A stretch of 64,000 bases of DNA from an uncultured candidatus Porisulfidus sp. (GTDB lineage: Bacteria > Pseudomonadota > Gammaproteobacteria > Poriferisulfidales > Oxydemutatoraceae): NCBI GenBank assembly GCA_965215765.1, contig OZ244118.1:2484598-2548597 (forward strand). Reading direction: 5' to 3'. The notes under the pieces were generated by a model, which had not been told where the DNA came from, did not search any database, and saw only the letters and a program-made list of their open reading frames with translations. Below are positions 31,401 to 41,126 of the stretch, piece after piece. Position numbers and translations under genes: made by a program. Position 1 is the first letter of the stretch. Each line of letters starts with the position of its first letter.

Positions 31401-34400
31401 ATCCCCGGTATCACGCGCACATCAGTCAGAGAACCAGGAACGTCCAGCAGGCGCACGGAAACACGGGCAGCTTCGCCAGCACCATAAAGGTTGTAGCTGC
31501 GAACCGTTAAAAAGAGCGTGCTCCCGCCTTCATGACGGGCGCGCAGCTTCTGCAACCAGTCAACTCCCGCTATGAAGTAATCCGAGAGCGTTTCCTCAAA
31601 AAGCACTCCACTTTCTACACGATAACCGATTCGCTCAGGCCCGCCCAATGGGCGTTCCCAACGCAGCAGCAAGGCAGACGGGGATTTCCATTGCGCGTGC
31701 AGGCGCAAGGGTTTGCCAGGAGTCTCAAAGCCCCGCAGAACCGGCAGCGCCTTGTGATCGCCGAAGGACCAGGTCTCGGCACTCCAGCCTGAGTATGTTG
31801 ACCTACCCGCACACTCCAGGCCGGGGGCGGTGGGGCAACGCAGTTGCTGCAGCGTCCGCAGGGAGCCTGATCCCCGCCCGGTGTCATCTGCCACAAAAGG
31901 CACGCTGCCACCATTGACGCGAGGCAACTCTGCTGCGTAGCTGTCGGCAATGCCTCCCCGACTGCTGCCGGCAAAACTTCCAGTCTGACCGGCTCCGGAC
32001 ACCGACCCTGCCGCGTAGCTGCGACTGGCTGTGCCTTGATTGTTTGCCACAAGACCCGCAACCAGACCTTTCCCGGTCACAAAGGCTGTTGTGTAACTGT
32101 CAGTCACCGAGCCCTGGTTGTCTGCGACCAGACCACCCGCCCGAACTGCTCCTGACACCGAGCCTCCGGCATAGCTTGTGTTGATACTCCCGCCTGTCAG
32201 ATTTCTTCCGACCAGACCACCTGCAACCTGAGCTCCCGGCTCTGTCGTCAGTTGAGCCGCGCTGCCGCTGATCGTGCCTGCGTTGATGCCAACGAGTCCT
32301 CCCGCCACTTGCCCACCAAAAAGTGAGGCCGTCACCCCGCTGTTCACGATCCTTCCTCCCTCGTTCCTGCCCGCCAGGGCACCCACGTTGACGCTTCCCC
32401 AAAGCTGCGCGTTAACCAGCACGACCTGCTGCAACAGACCACCCCGAAGCTGCGCAAACATGCCGACATCTTCCAGCGCATCAGAGCGCACCCATAAGTG
32501 GAAAATCTGATAACCGGCACCGTCAAGGGAACCGGAAAAATCGGCGATCGGTGCAAAACCTTCTCCGGCTCGCCAGTCCTGGGATGGACCTGCCTCAATA
32601 TCGCCTGCCAGCCGGTAGTGGGCTACAGGTGCAGAGCGAATGTCCTGCAATTGGCACAGCGTGGCAATCTGCCAGGGATCGTCCTCGCTGCCCGGGCCGC
32701 CCGAACCGCCTGCCGATGCCAGGGCTTCCCCGTCGCACTGCCAGGGACGGGTAAATGCCGACAGGAAAAATGACGACCCTTCTCCAACATTGTTATAGGG
32801 TGTTGCTACCACTTCATAGAAGCTGTCGCTTGCCAGACCCGAAAATTCCACAACTGCGAATGTTTTGCCAACTGTGTGCGTACGCTCCCGCTCCTGCATC
32901 AGTTCTCCCCCGGTGTACAGCCGTACCCGGTAGCCCAGACCTGCAGGAACCCCGACACCCGCATACCCGTAAGCCGGGTCTTCCGGTGATTGGCCGTAGC
33001 CGTCGTCAGCCGGAGCCATAAGCGACACACGCAGTGAAAACGCTTGCGCCGATGCCCGAACGACTGCCAATTTGCCAGGGGCTCTCAGCAGCTTGATCGC
33101 AACCGTTGTCGCTTCACTCATGCCATGGCGGTTATATCCACGCACGCTGACTTGCAAGGTACTGCCCCTATATTCGGAACGGAGGCTTTGCACCAGGCGC
33201 CTGCCGAACGTAAAAGATGCGGACTCCGTTTCCAGGGAACGCCCTGCCATCTCCACCCAATAGCCGGCGTTCAGGCTTCCTGTTTTTGCGGCTGTCCAGC
33301 TCAGTTCCAGATCACCTTCCAGGTTCCATCGCGCCTGCAGGCGGGAAGGGGGAGCAGGTGGCACTGCTTGCAGGGCGCGATGAACCGGAAGCGTCTGCCT
33401 GTCTCCGAAATACCAGACCTGGGTGCTCCAGCCGGAGTAACTGGCCGCTCCCTGGCACGTGTCTCCCGGCAAAAGAGGGCACTGCAATTGCGCCAGCGTG
33501 CGGGAAAAATTATTTTCTGTGGCATCCTCTTCCCCGCTACCCACGAGTTCCAGCGCGCTGCTGCCGACACCCGGCTCCAAGGCGTAATTCGCAGCCATAT
33601 CGGTGCCTTCGGAATGCCCCACCAGCGTGCCCGCCTGGTTGTTCCCGTTAACCAGTCCTGTAGCATAACTGTCCTCAATCCTGACGTTATAGCTTGTGCT
33701 GCTCTCACTGTTTCCCGCCAGCCCGCCTACCTGCACATTTCCGCTGACCGATCCGGTTGCGTAGCTTTCCCTGAGCCAGGATTCATTGTGTCCCACCAGA
33801 CCGCCCACCCGCTCATTTCCGCTGACCGGTCCGGTCGCATGGCTTCCGAAGATTGACCCTAAGCTGTAGCCAGCCAGCCCGCCCACACCATTCCCCGCGC
33901 CAATAACCGTGCTGTCCGAGTGGCTGTTAACTATGGAATAGTAATCGTTCCAGCCCACCAGCCCGCCCACATTTCTCGTTCCGCTGACCACTCCTGCCGA
34001 ATAAGAGCCGAATATAAAGCCAACGTTATAACCCGCCAGCCCGCCCACAGAAGAACGCCCGCTCACCGTTGACTGCGCTTGGCTGTGGTAGATCGGAGCT
34101 TGATTGAGCCCTACCAGTCCACCAACATTGTCTGCTCCGCTCACACTTCCTCTCGCGTGCGAACTACGAATCCTCGCGCCCAGGAAGTTTCTGCCCACCA
34201 GCCCGCCTATTGTGTTGCCGTGCCCCTGGGAATCAATCGTTCCGACAACAGTGGACTCCGAATGGCTGAGCTTGATCAAGCCATGGTTTTCACCTGCCAC
34301 TCCGCCCACATTTGCCCGTCCGCCTATCAACCCCGACACCGTGCTGAGCTCGATTAGCCCATGGTTCTCACCTGCCACTCCTCCCACACGATCCCGACCG

Positions 34401-37400
34401 CCTATCAACCCCGTTACCGTGCTGCCCTTGATGCTTCCATTTGCCGCAACGCTTCCTGCCAGGGCTCCTGTTGCATCTCTGCCCCATACTGTGACATTCA
34501 CTAGCGCCAGCCTTTGCAGAGCACCACCGCTGAGTTTCCCGAACAGCCCGACATGGTCTGTCTGCCCAGGATTGATCAAAAGACTCAGAACGCTGTGACC
34601 ACTCCCGTCCAGAGAGCCGGAAAAAGATTCAATCGGAGGAAAACCCTTTCCGTCACGCCACTCGTGGCTTTGCTTCGCGTCTATGTCGTTTGCCACCCGA
34701 TAATGCGCTGCCGTGTCGTAACGTATTTCCTGCAACTGGCAAAGTGAGCCAACCTGCCAGGGGTCATCCTCGCTGCCAGAGCCCGCTGCTGTTATCACCG
34801 CTGCCCATGGGCACGCGCCAACGTAGGTGAAAACCGGCACTGCCTCCGTTGGGCCTGCGCCCGCCTTGTTTCTGGCAAACACCCTGACTTCATACCTGGA
34901 ACCACCTTCCAGGCCTGAAAATTCCACTACGGCCGAGCTTGACCATTCCTGTTGTGTCTTATGCCGATCTTCTTTCAACAGGCCTTTTGAAAACAGTTGC
35001 ACGTGATATACGAGATCCAGCGCAACTCCGCCTGCCGGCTTCCCGTACGCGCTGCTGCCCGGAGTGCGTCCGTAGCCGTCATCAGTTGCCCCGACAATGG
35101 TGACCCGTATTGTCGACAGCCCTGAAGCTACCTGGGTCACCACCGCCCCCGGAGCTTTCATTAAATGGAAACTTCCCGACGTTACCTCTCCCGCAACGTC
35201 TCCTTTTACGCCGCGTATGGAATAGTGGATTTCACTGCCGCTGGTGTAACGCTTACGCAATTCAGCCATTAATGAGCCGCCAAGCGCAAAGCGGGTTCCC
35301 TCGGTGTCTCGAATGATTCCGCCCACCTCAAGCTCATAGGAATTCACGACAACTCCTTGATGCTCCCACTGCAGCGTCAATCCACCTCTCGAATTCCAGT
35401 TTGCCCGGACTGCAAGTGGTGCAGCGGGAACATTCGTGAGCACCCGGAGCACGGGCAGCATGCGGGAGTGCCCGAAATGCCAAATTCGCGGATCCCAACC
35501 CAGATACACTCTGGCTGCCCGGCAAAGATTGACGGGATCCATCGAACACTTCATTTGTTCCACAGTGCGCAAAGCACTGCCCTGTACAGTGCCATCATTC
35601 CCGCCCACGAGGCTGTCCACGTCGCCCAGCTTGCTGGCATAGCTGCGAGCTATCGTGCCACTGTTGACCCCGACCAGTCTGCCCGGCAAATCAGTTCCTC
35701 CTACAGCACCAGTGCTATAGGCACTTCTGACCGTACCGCTGTTTTCGCCGACCAGACCGCCTGTCTGACTGCCTCCGGTCACTGTGCCTTGTGCGTAGCA
35801 GTTACCGATGCTTCCTTTGTTATCGCCGACCAGACCCCCAACCTGGTTCTTTCCACTCACACGTGATCCCCGGGATACATGGCTACTCACGATCCTGGCG
35901 TTGCTCTCGCTCACACCCACCAAGCCCCCAACCCCGGGGGCTGTTCCGACAACCTGGTTAAGCGCGTAACTGTCACTGATGGTGCCGCCTAGGTGCAAAC
36001 CCACCAGACCGCCTGTCTGTCTGTTTCCGGTCACTGTGCCTTTTGCGTAGCTGTTGCTGATGCTTCCCTTGTTTTCGCCCACCAGACCTCCGATTTGTTT
36101 GGTTCCTGTTACTGCCCCTAGCGCATGACTGCCTTCAATTGTGCCACCTTCGTTCTGACCTACCAGCCCGCCTGTCTGACTGTCCCCGGTCACCGTGCCT
36201 TGTGCGTAGCTGTCACTGATGCTTCCTTTGTTTTCGCCGACCAGACCGCCGACTTGTTCATACCCACGCACATGTACTTCCTGATGTGTATGGCTGTTCA
36301 CAATCCTGGCGTTGCCTTCATTCACACCCACCAGACCGCCTGTCTGATTCATCCCGGACACTGTGCCTTGTGCGTAGCTGCCACTGATGGTGCCGCCAAG
36401 GTGGCGACCCACCAGACCGCCTGTCTGATTGATCCCGGACACTGTGCCTTGTGCGTAGCTGTCACTGATGGTGCCGCCAAGGTGACGGCCCACCAGACCG
36501 CCTGTCTGACTGTCTCCGGTCACTGCGCCTTGTGCGTAGCTGTCACTGATGCTTCCCTTGTTTTCGCCGACCAGACCCCCGACTTGATTCTTTCCACGTA
36601 CTTTCCCGAATGCTCGGCTGGTCACGATCCTGGCGTTGCCCTCGCCCACACCCACCAGACCGCCTATCTGACTGTCTCCGGACACTGTGCCTTTTGTGTA
36701 GCTGTCGCTGATGCTTCCCTTGTTTTCGCCGACCAGACCGCCGACCTTGTTCTTTCCACTCGCATTTGATCCCAATTCTGTATAGCTATTCACGATCTTG
36801 GCGTTGCTCTCGTTCACACCCACCAATCCCCCAATCCCGAGGGCTGCTCCGACAACCTTGTTCTTCGTGTGGCTGCCACTGATGGTGCCGCCAAGGTGCC
36901 AACCCACCAGACCACCCACGTACGCGTAGCCCCATATAGAGCCGGTCCCGGTCACATCTCCATTCGCATGGCTGGAAGTGACCGAACCCCTGTTTTTGCC
37001 CACCAGACCTCCGACTTGATTGCCTCCTGTTACTGCCCCCGACGCATGACTGCCCGCAATCGTGCCACCGTCATTCTGACCCACCAGACCGCCGACAACC
37101 CATCTGTCGCGAGAGTTCTCCCCAACCCTTACCATTGACGTGCTGTTGCGGATGATACCGCCCTGATTCAGACCAACCAGCCCACCGATGGTTCCGTCCC
37201 CGTCAACCTTGCCATCAACCTCGCTGTCCTCAATCGTTCCTTGATTGTTCAGCCCAACCAGAGAACCAACACTCACTCCGCCTTTCGTCGAAAAATTCAC
37301 CAGCTTCACGCGCTTCAGCAAGCCACCCTGCAGTTCGCCAAACAGCCCTATATTCTTGAATGCTTCGTCTGCTGCGTTGACCTTCAAATTGGAAATCTGA

Positions 37401-39142
37401 TAACCGTTGCCATCATAAGCGCCAGAAAAACCCTTGATCGGTGCAAAACCGTTTTTCCAGCCATGCGTCATCGTCGTTGCGTCTATATCGTTGATCTGGA
37501 TGTAGTGCGACTCGGGCGATGTTTCCATGTCGCGCAAATGGCACAGGTTTTCTACCTGGTAGGGATCACTTTCAGTTCCGGAACCCGCCATGGCCTGCGA
37601 ACTTATAGCGCACGCCTGAACTGGATCCATATAGGGAAATTGGCTGTTGTTGTAATAGGTGTCTCCGTAATTGAGAATGTTGAAGGCTCTTTCGTCCGCG
37701 TAAATCCCTCCCATCCCGTAATACCACGTGGTGCATTCCCAACCCGGATTGGTAGGGAAGGTATTGTAAACCCCTATCGCCATGCCGGTCTTTTTATAAA
37801 ACGCGGTTGAGCCGGACGCTCCAAACGTAGGAGAGATGCCCTTATACGTTAATTCTAAAAACCAGCAAATCGCTCCTTCACAGAAAGGTGGGGCACCTTT
37901 CTTGCCGCCGACGGTCTTGTAGGCTGCCCGGTTTAGCGGTGCCACTGCACTTTCAAACTCGGCCAACTGCTGAGGCCTGGAGCCGGAGTGGTGTACGGAG
38001 TAACCACTGAAGGTACCGGTAGTGCGGGTCATCCACTCCAGCAATTTATAATTTCCGTGCCCGGAAAATGCCCCATCAAGACGCACAATCGCCCAATCTC
38101 CACCCTCATCAGATCTTGGCACCATTGCCTTTCCTGCCACATATCTCACACCATGGGCGTGTGAATCACCAGGAAGACCGACGTAGAATGCTAAAAACGG
38201 TTTGTCCACAGTGTCAGCGTCCACTTCAGGGAAAGAGTGAAATGCTGTCAGAATGTAGGCTCCACCACCCGACTTGTTCTTTATAAAAGTCCCAGTCCCG
38301 CAGAGACCATTGCGGCAGAAGCTCACGACACCATTGGTCACATCATGCACGTAAGCCGGGCTCTCGTTGTCTACATAGTTATTCTCACCGGGGTAAGTTC
38401 TGGTGCCTGCGCGCTCGCAACTGCCGGCTTGTCTCCGAGGCACCAGGTTCCTGATTTCCTCTCCGTATAAAACTCCGTTGTTATCCTTGAATGTGTGGCT
38501 CACTTTTTCGACCGAAAAAGGAAAATCGCTCGGCTCCAGGTGGTAACTGTCAGGAACCCAAAACTCTATGACAACAGTGTCACCAGACGTCGGGAACGCC
38601 ACAAAGCTGCCATCATCACGTGACAAGCCGCGTCCCGTGTACTCTACGACCTCTTGATTGCTGTCTCCGGCGGGGGCATAGACATTCACCGACATCCCCG
38701 GGTCGAGGGGAAACCCAGAAAAATGCAACCACAGCTGCAGGGCAGACGGAGAGCGAATCTGCGCCTGCCAGACATCAAGGCCATCTTCCTGTTTGACCAG
38801 TGCCCAGTTGGAACGCCTTAACCGGACGTCCCGGGCAAAGCTGGTGTAGTTGATCGTTGTCGCACGAAGCAGTTCACGAATTTGCTCTTGTTCCCGGGTA
38901 CTGAAAGACCCCAAGTCCAGTTGCTGCGCGCGGGCAGGATACAGAGTTAGAGTGGCTTCCCGGGCATTCCTCCCCTCCGAAAAGGGATAGGACGTGAAGC
39001 CTTGTTCTGCCAGAGATTCCTGATCCTGGCCGAAAACGAGTGAGCTTGACGTGATGATGGATACACCCACGAGCAGCAACTTCAGCCAACCATGGCTGCC
39101 GGAAATCTGCGCATCCGGAAATCTGAAATCTGCTTTTTTCAT
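28490..39142 (-). CDS. Paralog D: giant secreted S1-protease/GLUG/FN3 protein, 3550 aa
   Basis: Uninterrupted ORF. It has extra GLUG units in block 1 and two block-2 units of the STVSGLIGGRANVGGVAGENHGLIELS type. Confidence 0.9.
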   Translation of the reverse strand: MKKADFRFPDAQISGSHGWLKLLLVGVSIITSSSLVFGQDQESLAEQGFTSYPFSEGRNAREATLTLYPARAQQLDLGSFSTREQEQIRELLRATTINYTSFARDVRLRRSNWALVKQEDGLDVWQAQIRSPSALQLWLHFSGFPLDPGMSVNVYAPAGDSNQEVVEYTGRGLSRDDGSFVAFPTSGDTVVIEFWVPDSYHLEPSDFPFSVEKVSHTFKDNNGVLYGEEIRNLVPRRQAGSCERAGTRTYPGENNYVDNESPAYVHDVTNGVVSFCRNGLCGTGTFIKNKSGGGAYILTAFHSFPEVDADTVDKPFLAFYVGLPGDSHAHGVRYVAGKAMVPRSDEGGDWAIVRLDGAFSGHGNYKLLEWMTRTTGTFSGYSVHHSGSRPQQLAEFESAVAPLNRAAYKTVGGKKGAPPFCEGAICWFLELTYKGISPTFGASGSTAFYKKTGMAIGVYNTFPTNPGWECTTWYYGMGGIYADERAFNILNYGDTYYNNSQFPYMDPVQACAISSQAMAGSGTESDPYQVENLCHLRDMETSPESHYIQINDIDATTMTHGWKNGFAPIKGFSGAYDGNGYQISNLKVNAADEAFKNIGLFGELQGGLLKRVKLVNFSTKGGVSVGSLVGLNNQGTIEDSEVDGKVDGDGTIGGLVGLNQGGIIRNSTSMVRVGENSRDRWVVGGLVGQNDGGTIAGSHASGAVTGGNQVGGLVGKNRGSVTSSHANGDVTGTGSIWGYAYVGGLVGWHLGGTISGSHTKNKVVGAALGIGGLVGVNESNAKIVNSYTELGSNASGKNKVGGLVGENKGSISDSYTKGTVSGDSQIGGLVGVGEGNARIVTSRAFGKVRGKNQVGGLVGENKGSISDSYAQGAVTGDSQTGGLVGRHLGGTISDSYAQGTVSGINQTGGLVGRHLGGTISGSYAQGTVSGMNQTGGLVGVNEGNARIVNSHTHQEVHVRGYEQVGGLVGENKGSISDSYAQGTVTGDSQTGGLVGQNEGGTIEGSHALGAVTGTKQIGGLVGENKGSISNSYAKGTVTGNRQTGGLVGLHLGGTISDSYALNQVVGTAPGVGGLVGVSESNARIVSSHVSRGSRVSGKNQVGGLVGDNKGSIGNCYAQGTVTGGSQTGGLVGENSGTVRSAYSTGAVGGTDLPGRLVGVNSGTIARSYASKLGDVDSLVGGNDGTVQGSALRTVEQMKCSMDPVNLCRAARVYLGWDPRIWHFGHSRMLPVLRVLTNVPAAPLAVRANWNSRGGLTLQWEHQGVVVNSYELEVGGIIRDTEGTRFALGGSLMAELRKRYTSGSEIHYSIRGVKGDVAGEVTSGSFHLMKAPGAVVTQVASGLSTIRVTIVGATDDGYGRTPGSSAYGKPAGGVALDLVYHVQLFSKGLLKEDRHKTQQEWSSSAVVEFSGLEGGSRYEVRVFARNKAGAGPTEAVPVFTYVGACPWAAVITAAGSGSEDDPWQVGSLCQLQEIRYDTAAHYRVANDIDAKQSHEWRDGKGFPPIESFSGSLDGSGHSVLSLLINPGQTDHVGLFGKLSGGALQRLALVNVTVWGRDATGALAGSVAANGSIKGSTVTGLIGGRDRVGGVAGENHGLIELSTVSGLIGGRANVGGVAGENHGLIKLSHSESTVVGTIDSQGHGNTIGGLVGRNFLGARIRSSHARGSVSGADNVGGLVGLNQAPIYHSQAQSTVSGRSSVGGLAGYNVGFIFGSYSAGVVSGTRNVGGLVGWNDYYSIVNSHSDSTVIGAGNGVGGLAGYSLGSIFGSHATGPVSGNERVGGLVGHNESWLRESYATGSVSGNVQVGGLAGNSESSTSYNVRIEDSYATGLVNGNNQAGTLVGHSEGTDMAANYALEPGVGSSALELVGSGEEDATENNFSRTLAQLQCPLLPGDTCQGAASYSGWSTQVWYFGDRQTLPVHRALQAVPPAPPSRLQARWNLEGDLELSWTAAKTGSLNAGYWVEMAGRSLETESASFTFGRRLVQSLRSEYRGSTLQVSVRGYNRHGMSEATTVAIKLLRAPGKLAVVRASAQAFSLRVSLMAPADDGYGQSPEDPAYGYAGVGVPAGLGYRVRLYTGGELMQERERTHTVGKTFAVVEFSGLASDSFYEVVATPYNNVGEGSSFFLSAFTRPWQCDGEALASAGGSGGPGSEDDPWQIATLCQLQDIRSAPVAHYRLAGDIEAGPSQDWRAGEGFAPIADFSGSLDGAGYQIFHLWVRSDALEDVGMFAQLRGGLLQQVVLVNAQLWGSVNVGALAGRNEGGRIVNSGVTASLFGGQVAGGLVGINAGTISGSAAQLTTEPGAQVAGGLVGRNLTGGSINTSYAGGSVSGAVRAGGLVADNQGSVTDSYTTAFVTGKGLVAGLVANNQGTASRSYAAGSVSGAGQTGSFAGSSRGGIADSYAAELPRVNGGSVPFVADDTGRGSGSLRTLQQLRCPTAPGLECAGRSTYSGWSAETWSFGDHKALPVLRGFETPGKPLRLHAQWKSPSALLLRWERPLGGPERIGYRVESGVLFEETLSDYFIAGVDWLQKLRARHEGGSTLFLTVRSYNLYGAGEAARVSVRLLDVPGSLTDVRVIPGITTLRLSFTAPANDGYGRKPVDADYATSAEAMALRLAYRIRLYASGELTEERDITLGNPLSPVTVEFAELKSAFAYRLEAFAHNTVGTGSPSTIRAVTSFPGCAGKGLKSAQGDGSGDNPWQIGTLCQLQDVRSDLYAHYVQVADIDASPSRGWSGGDGFHPIESFSGTFSGAGREISDLYINRPETNTIGLFSRLAEDGIAKGVVLVDAWVKGKNSVGALVGFNDGTVMNSVVKSAQISGNRAGLNVGGLAGGSGGLLVDSGASAEVDGGRYVGGLVGYVKTKGRVVGSTVRASQVRALESAGGLAGLALGATILYSSADAAVRVSGEGRDNAGGLVGYSQGSTILHCYATGLAIAVDGSRAGGLVGYSGSTIAYSYADVSVSGDSRVGGLAGINSGSVHASYALGEVRGRSISGGLVGNNIRRIQDSYAVNSVDGESGSTGSLVGYSAPDAVIDRSYAPVSAQAALVGNGLTGSSSPRTLTQLRCPTAAGQRCAGATTYAGWEPGAWHFGNTRTLPLLRELADIPATPVDLAVRWESPDHLRFTWAAGSSAVDSYELELAGTIREVTAPTFDFDGDFLAGFRKNKQEACPHPYRLRAVHGDVAGYPAAGHFYLPGLPGATTITELVPGQTTARLVLTTMGYGDCASLADNALATSPDRVAGSGLGYVVVVSAAGRSTETFFSAGAFDTEIEITDLLPKRSYSLQVYARNRAGVGEPAQASENRSAFSTIAVPGRPSGLRARWESTNRVNLSWEAASSNGATIDSYQLFVDGKSHPVVGTGTSYVLSGHVLVQLRKKHTGGEQIRYSLRAINRAGTGATSTATFTLLNVLEGTLAMQLVHKANGRVQVHLQYSGNDGYGRTADHADFGALVDGILLGLGYRVQLISYGELMEEQSVAMPTPGGAVRTEFTGLQGGVAYEVRAFPRDSVAELPGMSQFINWDPEIPTTPRPGPHHVKKLRLKVFLGGMVR
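35700..36800 (-). repeat. Intragenic GLUG-motif repeat block 1 of paralog D
   Basis: Periodic coding repeats. Bounds are approximate. Confidence 0.45.
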
Positions 39143-39276
39143 TGTGAATGCTTAGGAGCCATGCGGACGGAGAAAAGAGAGCCTGACCGCCCTGAGACAT
39201 AAAATTCCCTGCACCACATTCGCTATCTGTTCTCCATGGCTGACGCACTGAGCGTTCCTCTGGCTCTGACCTTCAC

Positions 39277-39522
39277 TTACTCTCTGATGTACCAGCACGG
39301 CTGTACGCAGGCAGGATACAGAGTTCGAGTGGCTTCCCGGGCATTCCTCCCCTCCGAAAAGGGATGGGACGCGAAGCCTTGTTCTGCCAGAGATTCCTGA
39401 TCCTGACCGAAAACGAATGAACTCGACGTGATGATGGATACACCCACCACGAGCAAGTACTTCAGCCAGACACGGCTGCCGGAAATCTGCGCATCCGGAA
39501 ATCTGAAACCTGCTTCTTTCAT
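39277..39522 (-). CDS. Upstream mini-ORF (81 aa)
   Basis: MKEAGFRFPDAQISGSRVWLKYLLVVGVSIITSSSFVFGQDQESLAEQGF... Confidence 0.35.
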   Translation of the reverse strand: MKEAGFRFPDAQISGSRVWLKYLLVVGVSIITSSSFVFGQDQESLAEQGFASHPFSEGRNAREATRTLYPACVQPCWYIRE

Positions 39523-39656
39523 TGTGAATGCCTACGAGCCATGCGGGCGGAGAAAAGAGAGCCTGACCACCCTGAGACATAAAATTCCCTGCACCACATT
39601 CGCTATCTGTTCTCCATGGCTGACGCGCTGAGCGATCCTCTGGCTCTGACCTTCAC

Positions 39657-39902
39657 TCACTCTCTGATGTCCCAGTACAGCTGTACGCGGGCAGGATACA
39701 GAGTTCGAGTGGCTTCCCGGGCATTCCTCACCTCCGAAAAGGGATGGGACGCGAAGCCTTGTTCTGCCAGAGATTCCTGATCCTGTCCGAAAACGAATGA
39801 ACTCGACGTGATGATGGATACACCCACCACGAGCAAGTACTTCAGCCAGACACGGCTGCCGGCAATCTGCGCATCCGGAAATCTGAAATTTGCTTTTTTC
39901 AT
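39657..39902 (-). CDS. Upstream mini-ORF (81 aa)
   Basis: MKKANFRFPDAQIAGSRVWLKYLLVVGVSIITSSSFVFGQDQ... Confidence 0.35.
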   Translation of the reverse strand: MKKANFRFPDAQIAGSRVWLKYLLVVGVSIITSSSFVFGQDQESLAEQGFASHPFSEVRNAREATRTLYPARVQLYWDIRE

Positions 39903-40036
39903 TGTGAATGCTTAGGAGCCATGCGGACGGAGAAAAGAGAGCCTGACCACCCTGAGACATAAAATTCCCTGCACCACATTCGCTATCTGTTCTCCATGGC
40001 TGACGCACTGAGCGTTCCTCTGGCTCTGACCTTCAC

Positions 40037-40279
40037 TTACTCTCTGATGTCCCAGCACGGCTGTACGCAGGCAGGATACAGAGTTCGAGTGGCTTCCCGG
40101 GCATTCCTCCCCTCCGAAAAGGGATGGGACGCGAAGCCTTGTTCCGCCAGAGATTCCTGATCCTGTCCGAAAACGAATGAACTAGACGTGACGATGGATA
40201 CACCTACGAGCAAGTACTTCAGCCAACCATGGCTGCCGGAAATCTGCGCATCCGGAAATCTGAAACCTGCTTCTTTCAT
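40037..40279 (-). CDS. Upstream mini-ORF (80 aa)
   Basis: MKEAGFRFPDAQISGSHGWLKYLLVGVSIVTSSSFVFGQDQ... Confidence 0.35.
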   Translation of the reverse strand: MKEAGFRFPDAQISGSHGWLKYLLVGVSIVTSSSFVFGQDQESLAEQGFASHPFSEGRNAREATRTLYPACVQPCWDIRE

Positions 40280-40413
40280 TGTGAATGCTTAGGAGCCATG
40301 CGGGCGGAGAAAAGAGAGCCTGACCACCCTGAGACATAAAATTCCCTGCACCACATTCGCTATCTGTTCTCCATGGCTGACGCGCTGAGCGATCCTCTGG
40401 CTCTGACCTTCAC

Positions 40414-40656
40414 TCACTCTCTGATGTCCCAGTACAGCTGTACGCGGGCAGGATACAGAGTTCGAGTGGCTTCCCGGGCATTCCTCACCTCCGAAAAGGG
40501 ATGGGACGCGAAGCCTTGTTCTGCCAGAGATTCCTGATCTTGGCCAAAAACGAGTGAGCTTGATGTGATGATGGATACACCCACGAGCAGCCACTTCAGC
40601 CAACCATGGCTGCCGGAAATCTGCGCATCCGGAAATCTGAAATTTGCTTTTTTCAT
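40414..40656 (-). CDS. Upstream mini-ORF (80 aa)
   Basis: MKKANFRFPDAQISGSHGWLKWLLVGVSIITSSSLVFGQDQ... Confidence 0.35.
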   Translation of the reverse strand: MKKANFRFPDAQISGSHGWLKWLLVGVSIITSSSLVFGQDQESLAEQGFASHPFSEVRNAREATRTLYPARVQLYWDIRE

Positions 40657-40790
40657 TGTGAATGCTTAGGAGCCATGCGGACGGAGAAAAGAGAGCCTGA
40701 CCACCCTGAGACATAAAATTCCCTGCACCACATTCGCTATCTGTTCTCCATGGCTGACGCACTGAGCGTTCCTCTGGCTCTGACCTTCAC

Positions 40791-41126
40791 TTACTCTCTG
40801 ATGTCCCAGCACGGCTGTACGCAGGCAGGATACAGAGTTCGAGTGGCTTCCCGGGCATTCCTCCCCTCCGAAAAGGGATGGGACGCGAAGCCTTGTTCTG
40901 CCAGAGATTCCTGATCCTGTCCGAAAACGAATGAACTCGACGTGATGATGGATACACCCACCACGAGCAAGTGCGAAGCCTTGTTCTGATCCAGAGATTC
41001 CTGATCCTGTCCGAAAACGAATGAACTCGACGTGATGATGGATACACCCACCACGAGCAAGTACTTCAGCCAGACACGGCTGCCGGAAATCTGCGCATCC
41101 GGAAATCTGAAATCTGCTTTTTTCAT
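40791..41126 (-). CDS. Upstream mini-ORF (111 aa, with internal 30-codon duplication)
   Basis: MKKADFRFPDAQISGSRVWLKYLLVVGVSIITSSSFVFGQDQESLDQNKASHLLVVGVSIITSSSFVFGQDQESLAEQGF... Confidence 0.3.
   Translation of the reverse strand: MKKADFRFPDAQISGSRVWLKYLLVVGVSIITSSSFVFGQDQESLDQNKASHLLVVGVSIITSSSFVFGQDQESLAEQGFASHPFSEGRNAREATRTLYPACVQPCWDIRE

Larger units (their letters stand above)
39143..41126 (-). repeat. Five extra tandem copies of the 5' module upstream of paralog D
   Basis: Module starts lie at 39522, 39902, 40279, 40656 and 41126. Units are 377-380 bp. The distal unit is 470 bp because of an internal ~90-bp duplication. Confidence 0.85.
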
